Of a stretch of 64,000 nt of DNA, positions 34,811-44,720 are shown one piece after another. Numbering within the stretch: position 1 is the stretch's first letter; each line of letters starts with the position of its first letter. The notes beneath the pieces are model-generated. The model was not told the origin of the DNA, searched no databases, and saw nothing but the letters and a program-made list of their open reading frames with translations. The DNA is from Perkinsus chesapeaki ATCC PRA-425 (Eukaryota > Protista > Perkinsozoa): positions 1 through 64,000 of the forward strand of contig JAAPAO010000125.1 of assembly GCA_013115145.1 (NCBI GenBank). The letters are read 5' to 3'. The translations under genes were made by a program, and so were the position numbers.

Positions 34811-36447
34811 ATGAGTTCTTTATCAACTATACTCAATGGCGAAATAGACGCGGCCCATCTGCATAGCAAGTGCTGGCTCCAAGGCTTGGCTGGCTGGCTG
34901 ATGGTACTGTATGCTATCTTTCTTTGTCGAATCCTCACTTTTACCAACGAGACGGCTTTTTACTCAGGTTGTTGGCCTCGTCTTTGGGGCGGTGTTCAAT
35001 TGTATCAGCTCGGCTAAGGCATATATGCATCCCTTTGCACACTTGAATTTAGAGGCCTTTGAGGTAGCTAAATGGTGTAAAATCCTTTCCTGAATTCTTT
35101 CACTAGGATTTTGCCGACTTCACCAACGTGAACATCAAACACATCGAGTACACTGGTCTAGCAGCCACTGCCCTCTATATAACCGCCTTCGGTATGTGCT
35201 GAACCAAGTCACTTTCTCCCAAGTACTTTCAGCCCTGCTCTTCCGCGCTGTGAACTCTGTTCACGCGTCATGGAGAACCCTCCTCATCACAGTCACCGCC
35301 TTGGCCATGGTGGTGCATGGTTTCGGAGGGTGGGCTCTGTACACCACCTCGGATGCATTCTTGAGGATCGGTAGTATAATGGGACCTCAATTTGTGCATT
35401 CCCTTTGCCGAATTTGGATCCTCTGTAACATTTCTATATTCTTATCCGTATTCAGAAGAAGCGAAGAGTCTGGAATTAGCCCATCTAATGGGCGTTCCTT
35501 CGTTCAACATCACCAACGTCACCACCTCCCTGCAGTCCTTCTCATGTGCTTGGGATAGGGGATCGTGCCAGCTAGGCCCTCCACGGGTGCTCAATGCTGC
35601 TTGTTATCCAGACACAGCGACTACCGGTATTCCGGTAAGTCATTGCGTCGTACTCTTTACTTACTTTTGTTTAGGTCACATGTCCTGCAATGGAGCTACA
35701 ACGTTCCACTACCCCCATCAGTTTCCCCGTGGTGCTCAATCAGCTATGCGGGCCACAAAGCATATTTGCTGTTAATGGCGGTATACTACCTGAGCCCTCT
35801 ACGCATTGTGTCCAATGCGACGCTGCAGCAGTGCGGCTTGGAATAGTAGATGCTGAAGTTACCGCAGCTGCTTGCGGCTGTCTGGCGAGTAGTATTCTTC
35901 GGGCTCCTGCACACGTGCCCTCTTGGGGGACAACTTGAGGAAGGATTTTTTTAAATGGAATTTAATGATCTAGAAAAATGCTCGGCATAGCCTTAACCCT
36001 AATGTTTGCTCGATTATTTCCTCGTATTTTCTTACTCGCTGTTACCGCGTGATTGGCTCACAGTTATGCGTGTCACGGTTTGTTATCGATCTCTTCAGGT
36101 GTTGGTGACTTCTTTACCATATACGGCTACAACTACTTCTTCATCTTGTTCATTATGTGTACTGTTGGATTCATTCTCACACTCGCTGGTTTCATCGTTT
36201 ATGTTGCTGTGCTCGGCATAATGAAGTAAGTGGGTAAGGAAATGGGCATGTAGCTGATTAGAGTCGTTGACTGTTGTGCACATGCAACCTCTTTAACTGG
36301 GTCAAACTTTCCATCTTGCGGAGTTGTGACCGGTTATTACTGCATCTGTAAAGAAGCTTGTTCAGGTCGTATGGCGGCTGGCACTTCCACGAGTGGCTTC
36401 GAGAATCCTCAGATGATGGTGTTGAGGCAGATAAGGACGATCTCTAA
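34811..36447 (+). CDS. Four-TM membrane protein with a large Cys-containing loop (tetraspanin-like topology)
   Basis: TM-like segments VVGLVFGAVFNCISSA, GLAATALYITAFG, TLLITVTALAMVVHGFGGWALY and YFFILFIMCTVGFILTLAGFIVYVAVLGIM. The loop contains SCAWDRGSCQL..NAACYP..TCP..QLCG..HCVQC. Confidence 0.55.
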
Positions 36448-36749
36448 ACACTGAGGATTGCAAAATTATTATTTTGGTGAAGGACATTGGAAAACTCGTT
36501 ACGCTGTTCGAATGGTTCAAGGATTCTATGCATGTTCATATTGCAGATTTATCAGTTGTTGTTATTTTAATTACTACGTGTTGCTGGCCTGTGCTCACTG
36601 CGTAATGGTGTTTTGTTTGCAAGTCTACTAGCTTCTTGAGAATGAACTACGTGAGCTCGATGATAACGAATAGTGGAAGGGCAGCAAATTGAACCTTTGG
36701 AAAACCATTCTGTGCGGGACAGAAGATTATATTAGTCTTTGCGGTGTAA

Positions 36750-37260
36750 ATGAGCGTAGCGGGCACATCGGAGAAGTCAATGGACCCTGAGTATCAGGCA
36801 ACAACATACTAAACTCTACCAGCTGGAGATATCACTCTCAGAGCTGGATACTCATCGGAGCCACTATCCTTGCTGTTTGGATCTGCTTGCTGCCGTGCAC
36901 CTGCTCAGGATTACGTACCACAGGTGGACACAATAATCTTCTTCGCTGGGTGCAGACCCGAATGCCTGTAAGATGCTTTGAATTTTAGTTCATTTGGCTA
37001 TCAACCAATATTTTACTTATCGAGACTCACTACCTCAGGTCTGGTTATGCTTCTCCACATTCTGCTATCTCACTTTGATTGCAACTGCTGTGCACATCTG
37101 TCCTGACTGGACATTTGACCAGTACTTCCAGTACGGTGGTCGATTCGCTGCATGGCTCTTCGAACATGTGAGACTTTCACCTCTGTCACTCCGTAAAGCC
37201 AATACTTCAACGCCATTAGACATAACGCTTCCTAGTGGTTTTATATGATATGATTGACTC
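36750..37260 (+). CDS. Hypothetical small membrane protein
   Basis: Exons WILIGATILAVWICLLP, DYVPQVDTIIFFAGCRPECL and VWLCFSTFCYLTLIATAVHICPDWTFDQYFQYGGRFAAWLFEH. Confidence 0.35.
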
Positions 37261-37461
37261 ATCTAGGCTATGCTACACCAGCGGACTAGGCATGCTTCGA
37301 AATCCGTAGCTCGGATGTAAGCTTGCTTTCGACTCAAAAGCAAGCTGAAAGCTCGAAAGCTTCGAGCAGTCTGTAATGTGAACCGACAATTGGCAAGGGT
37401 AGTCTAACATAGCGTAAAGTCAGAAACTGTCCTGTGTCTTCCCGCAATCACACTGAAGTAC

Positions 37462-38459
37462 ATGCACATGAAGGGATTATTATCGGCAGGTCCCGAAAGC
37501 GATGGTGTCCTTGGCAATCATGTTTGTATTTTATATCTTATACAGGATGAGGGCGCAACTAGGAGCTGCGCTTGGATTGGAGGAGGTGAACAAGTGTTGG
37601 CCTCGAACATGAGGCTCTATAACCGATCCGCGATAGCCATCTGCTTGTGAGTGGTTCACCGTGATAGGAGGAGACCCATTGGAGTGGCTCCCTCGGGAAC
37701 TGTCTGGACTGCTACAGAGTATCGAGCGACCGTCCCATGACGCTGTACGTCAGGACCTCGGCTCGGGCACGGAGAGGACTCAGTTACCGTAACTGAGTAA
37801 CGCTAGGTACATCTGGAAGATGGAAGATATCCCTTCGAGCTCAATAGTGAAGTCCAATGACCTGTTTTGTGAGATACGATTTGGATCCAACGAGATTATG
37901 AGAACACGCACATACAACAACATCGGTGTGTATTGATGAGCATTCAACGCGACCACGTTCTGGTAGGTTCACGGTGCTCCCTTCGGTCGGCTTTACAGCT
38001 TAATGTCGATACATCGCATAAAGGCAGCTCATTAGTCATACTCGTTAAGAGCCACACCGGTGCGATGTCCCCAGAGCTCTGTCGCCTCTCTCTTTCCCAG
38101 AGAGAAGTTGTATGATTGTCCCGCGGGGTTTTACGGTTTTGGAAGGCATAACTTGTCAGATCGATTTAGAGTCCAACTGCTTGGCATACTGTGACACTAC
38201 CGAACCAGCCCTCTACGCCTCGCAGATTACCGGGACCGCCGGCTTCAAATGGGCAGACTCTTTCTTTGAAGAATATCACATGGTACGGGCGACGATCACT
38301 CGGGGCCAATCGGGAGGTCGTCACGTTCATGTATGTTAGATACCTCGCGGCAGAATATGGTTGAGGCTATCACCAATCCAAGATGCTGGAGTTAAAGGTT
38401 ACGACTTTGACGATGCTGAGTTGACAGTGGATGAGAAGCTCGTGTCGGCTGCTTGTTAA
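37462..38459 (+). CDS. Hypothetical lineage-specific protein; 3' part duplicated at about 44.3-44.6 kb
   Basis: Exons ...ITGTAGFKWADSFFEEY...RIWLRLSPIQDAGVKGYDFDDAELTVDEKLVSAAC*. Clear nucleotide similarity to 44290-44620. Confidence 0.45.
37778..37798. repeat. One-sided 10-bp-arm palindrome with 1-nt loop
   Basis: ACTCAGTTAC-c-GTAACTGAGT. Confidence 0.75.
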
Positions 38460-38610
38460 TTGTTACTCGTAGAATAAACCGTGTTTTTCGTTAATTCAAC
38501 TTGATGGCTGTTATCCATTGGCTGTCGCCGCATTGCGGCCGGGCCAGTTCCATTTGACCCGAAGTCGTCAAACCTGAGTGAGTTACGAGCGGTATGAGTC
38601 CACGTAGTTG
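38225..38610. repeat. Duplicated block, copy 1 (copy 2 at about 44290-44720)
   Basis: Shared strings GGTTGAGGCTATCACCAAT.CAAGATGCTGG.GTTAAAGGTT, ATGAGAAGCTCGTGTCGGCTGCTTGTT, TTGTTACTCG.AGAATAAAC and TGAGTCCACGTAG. Confidence 0.9.
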
Positions 38611-39010
38611 CTGCGTCGTAGCCGGTCCCCGCTGTACTGTATATTGCAGCGAGGGTTCGAAGCTCGAACTCTCAGTCATTGACCGGCCGGTGGAGCAGCC
38701 TGCTCCGAGCAGGCACCTAGTTCGGAATATAGGGGCCGCTACGCAAGGGGCCTCTGCTACTGCCATTTCATGCCCTTCTACTGCAGGAGTCCGCACACTT
38801 CTGCACGCGTGCGCAGATGTGTGTGACTTTTTCGAAGTGCTTATGCAGGCGCTGTATTGCAGGGCATCGCCACGAGGTAAACCCAAGCACTTCGCCTGAA
38901 ATAGGCTGAAGACATGGCGATATTCCGTATACCACTGAACCATCTTTAGTGTACTGTTCCACCTTATATTGATGTTCCTCGGACATATACGGTACTTTCG
39001 GATAGTATCC

Positions 39011-39069
39011 GCTAAACGAGTGTATGGAGAACCAAGGTATTACCTTGGTTCTCCATACACTCATTTAGC
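39011..39069. repeat. 29-bp-arm hairpin (22 bp perfect, 1 mismatch) with 1-nt loop, next to the transposase truncation point
   Basis: GCTAAA-c-GAGTGTATGGAGAACCAAGGTA-t-TACCTTGGTTCTCCATACACTC-a-TTTAGC; abuts CGGATA-g-TATCCG at 38999-39011. Confidence 0.95.
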
Positions 39070-39114
39070 ATCATAGTAGCTACTGTAGACTGCCTCAGAA
39101 GCCTTCCGTTTGCC

Positions 39115-39927
39115 CTAGTCAGGCCGCAGAAGCTTCATTATTTTTTTATTAGAAGATGAAGCATCGCTTGTTATGCTGCGCAATTGAAGCCCAATTCCAG
39201 CCTCCTCGATGATGTCCCTTATCTCAGCCGTTATGTTGGCCCCAGTGTGCCTTCCTTGTAAGCGTTGGAAATCTACGATGAGACGCTTGAGGGAGCCGTT
39301 GCTATATGTGTGAGCTACAATGCCTACAAAGAGGACCTATCGACAGACAGGACGGGGTTCTAGCAGCTCACATAAGAAGCTTGAGCGACTACTCCTAGAC
39401 CACGCGTCAATGCTCAAGTTGACGCTTCGGCAATTAGCAAACCGACCGGAAGTTGCTCAGGTCGAAAACTGCGACCGCCATACCGCAACAGCTGCGGTAC
39501 GGGTGAGTTGCGGCGCAACTCACTTTTAACCATGTCCATATGTTTGCCCACCCGCTCATGCAGCTGTCTGACTATACCTCGTCTGCTAGGAATGGGGAAG
39601 CTGGGATTGATGAGATGGATAAATTGTTCAAAGAAAGCATTCTTGACTGTGCAGAGTGGACCCCCGAGTGTATGAAATTGGATTAGCCCTTCTTTCTGCT
39701 GCTGAAGAGCCTCTTCATCGTGCTGGCCAGCTGCATTAGGAAGCTTCCTTTTTTATTGCCACAAGCGTCGTGATGGTGTTCGACACCACTCATAGACTTC
39801 TTGGAAATCTTAATCAGGTTCCCACACCATATTCGCCCCCGGGCTTTGTAACACGTATCCATCCCTTTTATTTCTTACTGAGGGGGTCTTCATTAACAAT
39901 CTCTTCGTCAACATTGTCAATATCCAT
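39115..39927 (-). mobile_element. Decayed, 3'-truncated hAT-superfamily transposase with introns
   Basis: Minus-strand translation, absent from the ORF track: degenerate BED-like WCGNLIKISKKSMSGVEHH; PLCTVKNAFFEQFIHLINPSFPIPSRRGIVRQL; FANCRSVNLSIDAWSRSSRSSFL|GIVAHTY (first catalytic D); VDFQRLQGRHTGANITAEIRDIIEEAGIGLQLRSITSDASSSN (second D). Stops and frameshifts are present; I saw no CxxH motif or C-terminal E/dimerisation region. Confidence 0.85.
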
Positions 39928-40062
39928 TTGAGAATATGATCAAATAAAGCTGCAGCATGCGGTAGATCAGGATGGGGAAGTGTCTAGCTGTACAATCCAC
40001 ACTCTATTTGGGTGCGTCAATCCCTACGTGCCATGCACGTGCGCATTTGTGTCGTAAAGATA

Positions 40063-40152
40063 TTTACGGCGTTCCGTAATACACGTTACGATTACGTCGC
40101 GTATTACGCACCGTAGCGATCATGCTTTACGTTTACGCACTGCGTAACGTAA
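40063..40152. repeat. TTACG/CGTAA motif cluster in both orientations upstream of the transposase (candidate subterminal repeats)
   Basis: TTTACGGCGTTCCGTAATACACGTTACGATTACGTCGCGTATTACGCACCGTAGCG...TTTACGTTTACGCACTGCGTAACGTAA. Confidence 0.7.
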
Positions 40153-40218
40153 TTCTGCCCATCTACATGTCACACAGGTGACGCGCCGCCTGCTCATTGC
40201 CATTGTTCATGCGTATAT

Positions 40219-40240
40219 CCCTATATTATAGGGCCTATGA
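40219..40240. mobile_element. hAT-type excision footprint (near-perfect)
   Basis: c-CCTATA-t-TATAGG-g-CCTATG-a. Both loop bases are as predicted; one transition. Confidence 0.75.
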
Positions 40241-40324
40241 TGAGTCAGGGTTTTTTCTACCCTTTTGAGACTAATATGGCCTCGAGTTCTACAGTCGGGT
40301 ACACCTCAACCGGACCCAGCCCTA

Positions 40325-40346
40325 CAGTGATGATCACTGAGTGATC
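40325..40346. mobile_element. hAT-type excision footprint (perfect)
   Basis: c-AGTGAT-g-ATCACT-g-AGTGAT-c; target CAGTGATC. Confidence 0.85.
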
Positions 40347-40460
40347 CTTGACTACTAGTGAACGCCAATTCAAAACCTAATCATCGATGTATAGTTACCG
40401 TAGCATATTATCAGTCCATTGGACTCGATACTAACCGATACTGTACTCTAGTAGCACTCG

Positions 40461-40482
40461 ACTAGTAGTACTAGTCTAGTAC
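40461..40482. mobile_element. hAT-type excision footprint (perfect)
   Basis: a-CTAGTA-g-TACTAG-t-CTAGTA-c; target ACTAGTAC. Confidence 0.85.
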
Positions 40483-41171
40483 CGATTGCAAACCATCCGA
40501 CTGCTCAACACTTCTTACTCACGGTAAACACTTCTTACTCAACATACGAAGTCCCTGCTCAACCGAACCATCGAGAAGGATCACTTGCACGCAAGCACGA
40601 ACACTAACTCCAGCAAATTAGGTCGAACTACGTGCGACCGACAGAACCGGACAACGGCGTCTCGCTCCAGTCTCGAATCTGCGCTACACGCAAAAGACGG
40701 AACAAATTTGAACAAAACGAGCACGATTCCGGTGCAAGAGATAATCGAGGGCGAATTCCGATTCCGAGGAAGGAGTATCGGATGGAACATGCTGTGGACG
40801 AAACGATATTCGTCGGATTGCGCTAGACCCGTAGACCTCAATAATAAGGGTGAAAGTACTTTTCCAGAAGTGCGTTTTACAGGGCATCAGTACTCGCTCG
40901 CCCATAGAGGCAATTCACAAGCAAGTGTAGTAGGTCGCCACGTGTTGGACACGTCACTGTGACCGACTTAATTCAGTAGACTCTACCACGGGCTGGTGAG
41001 CATCAGAACCCGAACTGCGCCACCGCTGTTCACAAGCCTTTCTTGAGCGCCGCTCAACTGGCGAAGCTATGAGATGGCTCTCACGGTCACTGTGTTGTAG
41101 GCAGGAATATGTACATTATTGGTTGTTGTTTCAGCTGTAGCTTTCTACTCACTGCCGAGTCTCTCGGCGCC

Positions 41172-42963
41172 ATGAATCGTCCAGGCTTTGCATTCGTTAC
41201 AGGCATTATTTTGGCGCAATGCGCTGTCATGGGCAAGGAGCTCCCTGACGTCGAAGTGCTCGAGAAATTTGCCCTATTCACGAAAAAGTGATATTGATTC
41301 TCTCTTCCACCACTACGTGCTCAGAGTCTGACTTCTGAGCCTCAGAATTTCCAGGTATTCTACCCCCTACGAGGATGCTATGGAAGGCACATTCAGAGTC
41401 GGAGCATTCGCCGATAACTTGAAATTCATGGACCAAAAGATTAAGAAAGGTGAATGATGGCTCATTTGGGATCCTAGGCAGCCGAACGCAACACGATGGC
41501 GTATTGCAGCTATAGTCAACTGGAATTGCAATATCAAGCCTCCACAGTCAAGTCGACTGAGTCAACCACTAGACTTGACAAGCGGAATGACTATGACTTC
41601 AATCTGTGCCACTTATTTCATTCTTCGTGCAATTGAAGTGATCGATGAGAACTCTGCTCACCAGTTCACTCAATGAACCTTATTGAAGCTCTTGTTCGAT
41701 AAACAGTGCTCATGTTCAGGGCACATGAAGGGATATCTGCCCCCACCTACCGATCTCGTCCAGGATACCCCAGTAGAGCTGAACTGGGCGGAGAGAGGAG
41801 CGGTCAACTCTCCAATGGATCAAGGAGACTGTAATTCTTGCTATGCTATAGTTACATTAGGTATGTTGGGGCTTAACTGATGAGTGATAAGCGAATCGGA
41901 CGGGCAGCCTATTAGTGGTGACACAGCTGGAGCTGCACATAATGCAGCTGCTCTGTTCGGATGGTGCAGTAGTGTGGCGAATTAGCTTCGCCAGACTACT
42001 GATCTGCTCGAGCTAAGATCACGTTTTCCCGTCAGGTGTCTTAGAAGCAGCATTTTGGAAGGCAACGGGCTCCTTGGCCAGGTTTTCGATACAGCAGGTA
42101 ATTGATTGCTCGGAAATGGAGGGCAACGAGTAGGAAGTTATGTGGAAGTTATACGATGAACGTGACTGATCCAGAGGATGCTTGCATGGCAACAGAGGCG
42201 ACACATTGCAGTATATCGTCAATTACGGTATAGTATCCGATGGCGACTATCCTTACCGCCAAATGGAAAGCGATTGCAACGCTGTTGTTGATGACAGATC
42301 GAAGCAGTGTTTGCAGGTACGTCCACTGGACGTCTTCCAGTAACCCGTGACTATTTTGTAGAGTGAAGATGAACGCCTTCAGCGATCTCCTTAGGCCCAT
42401 GACTTGGACGAGGATGATGTGACTGTCATACAAGAGAACAAGCTTAGCCAGTTGTTCCAGGCTCTTCAGGAAGGCCCTCTTGCTGTACAGGTTGACGTCA
42501 CACCAAAACAATGGAAATCGTACAAAGGAGGAATCCTCGAATGTGAGCGACCATTGGTTTTAGTGCTACCGATACTAGCCTAGTACAAAGCTCTTGTACT
42601 TAGCTTTCAAGTGCGATGGAGAAGCTGACCACGGTGTCCTACTCGTTGGATATGGAATTGAAAATGGGAAAAGGTACTGTAGAGCTGTTGCACGTTCGAT
42701 TGGTACTATTGTCCACCTTCGATTAGTTACTGGATCATCAGGAATAGCTGGGGAACTGGTTGGGGAGAAGGCGGATATGCCAGGCTTCACAGAGATCCGA
42801 CTGCTGAAGAAGGACCAGGTAACGCTACACTGTAAATGAGAGCGATTCACAATTTTGATCGGTCGCTCTTCATTTCTCAGGTTTCTGCAATATCATGCAG
42901 CATAAGGCGATAGGCGTATCGTTCAAAAGGCCGCTGAAGTCGGAAGCCTGTCGTGAGCGTTAA
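41172..42963 (+). CDS. Papain-family (C1A, cathepsin L-like) cysteine protease; apparent 1-nt frameshift at about 42751
   Basis: Signal [21 protein letters not shown]; [24 protein letters not shown]; [14 protein letters not shown]; [10 protein letters not shown]; GPLAVQV; YKGGI; [10 protein letters not shown]; YWIIRNSW(fs)GTGWGEGGY. Confidence 0.92.
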
Positions 42964-44289
42964 CGGCGACATGAATGGCTAAGTGAAGAATGGTCCATTA
43001 CAGCAAATCTATCTCGGTATATTGTGGCCGGGTGGCCCGTTTTGAGTCCTTTGGATGTAGAATGATCTTATACAAGAGATCATATATTTCTGAGTCGTAT
43101 GGCGTCCCTTTGATTGCCACGCGGCCCGTTTCATGTAGAGTCTTCACGAGCCGTACAGGCCGTCATCAGAACAATATTAATCGGCATGATAAATCCGAGT
43201 TGAGTATGTCGTCTTAGTCTGACCTTAACAGTCTCAGGCTGAATATTCCAGCACCAACTTTGAACATTATTGAGTTCCCAAGTTAACACTCTGGTGAGGG
43301 AGATTGGTGCACGGCACCAATAACGGTGGTGATTATCGTGCATCAGAACACGGAAAAGCCATAGAGTAGAGATTAAAAGCTGACAGGGTACTGACTCGAG
43401 GTCTGTTATGATTCCGGAAAGGATACTACAGCACATATATTCACTCGCTCGATATTTCCATTCATTCCGAAGACTCGCTCTCTCGGAGAGAAAGCAAACT
43501 CGCAGGAAGCCAACCTTAGTCGAAAATACTGCTCCGGAAAAGCTATGAAACGTCTGTGGAATCAGATGAAGATTGCATTCCATGATGATGCTATTTCAAC
43601 GATTCGAGTAGACTGTATATCTGTTTATCTCACACAATTAATTACTCACTCGGATGAATTTGTAGACGCAAACTGTCGCTGTTTAAACGGCTGGAAGATT
43701 CCCCAGCACCATCTCGTGCTGTGGGATTGCATAGCTTTTCTCTGCCCAACGGCGTGCTATTCCGTCACGTCACTCTGCTAGTGATACGTCTACATCTGCA
43801 AGCCACTAAGGTTATCGTATATTTGATTATATACTAGTCTGGTGGTTATTGTGTTCTTTAGTCTATACTCATAAGCAGACTAAACAGTCATAGCTCGGAG
43901 TGATATTCATGGAACTGGAGGCCACATCAAATAGAAGTCGGATTCGATGTATGGGTGAAAGTTGGTGATGTAAGCTTTGTACTGGCGCTCTTCGCTTAGT
44001 GCTTATTTGGCAGGGATAAGGTTTCGATTCCCACGTTGAAGTGAGTGAGTGCAAGGCGATTCGTCTTCGAAAGATTCTGAGAAGTTTTGGCCAGAGAGAC
44101 TGTGTTGAACGAACCCGCGAAACAGTGATGTTTTTATCCAGTTGAGTCCGTGACTCAGGACATTTTAGATTGAAGCTGTATGAGTGTTTTCTGGACTTCG
44201 CAGTCTTACTAAGCATGCCATTGGCATGTAAGATCGATGGAGAGCCTGCTGCTTGCCGTACTACTAGAACAAGTCTCTAAGCCCCGAAT

Positions 44290-44720
44290 ATCTGGAGCCG
44301 TCGGGTTCCAATGGGCAGCTTTTCCCTTCGTAGAATATTATTCTGAGAAAAAGCTCTTTACTAAAAGCTCAAAAGCTGCTAACAAAAGCTTACTAAGCTG
44401 CTTTACTCATTGTGACATTATCACACGGTACGGGCCACAATCATTCGGGACCAACCGCAAGCTCGCCACACGTATGTCAGATACCTCACGGTAGAATACG
44501 GTTGAGGCTATCACCAATTCAAGATGCTGGTGTTAAAGGTTCCGACTTGGATGATGCATGAGAAGCTCGTGTCGGCTGCTTGTTGATTGTTACTCGCAGA
44601 ATAAACTATAGTGTTCGTTAAGTCAGTTTGATGGCCGATACGAACAGGCCACTACCGGGTAACTCAACGTCTTTAAAGCTTACAAATTGTAAGGTATGAG
44701 CGCTGTGAGTCCACGTAGCG
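44290..44720. pseudogene. Duplicated block, copy 2; the + strand paralog has a deletion of about 14 bp that gives a premature TGA
   Basis: GATGATGC-ATGAGAAGC here versus GACGATGCTGAGTTGACAGTGGATGAGAAGC in copy 1. Confidence 0.7.

Noticed and set aside
39320-39529. + strand ORF MPTKRTYRQ...
   Set aside because: It is the antisense shadow of the hAT transposase remnant.
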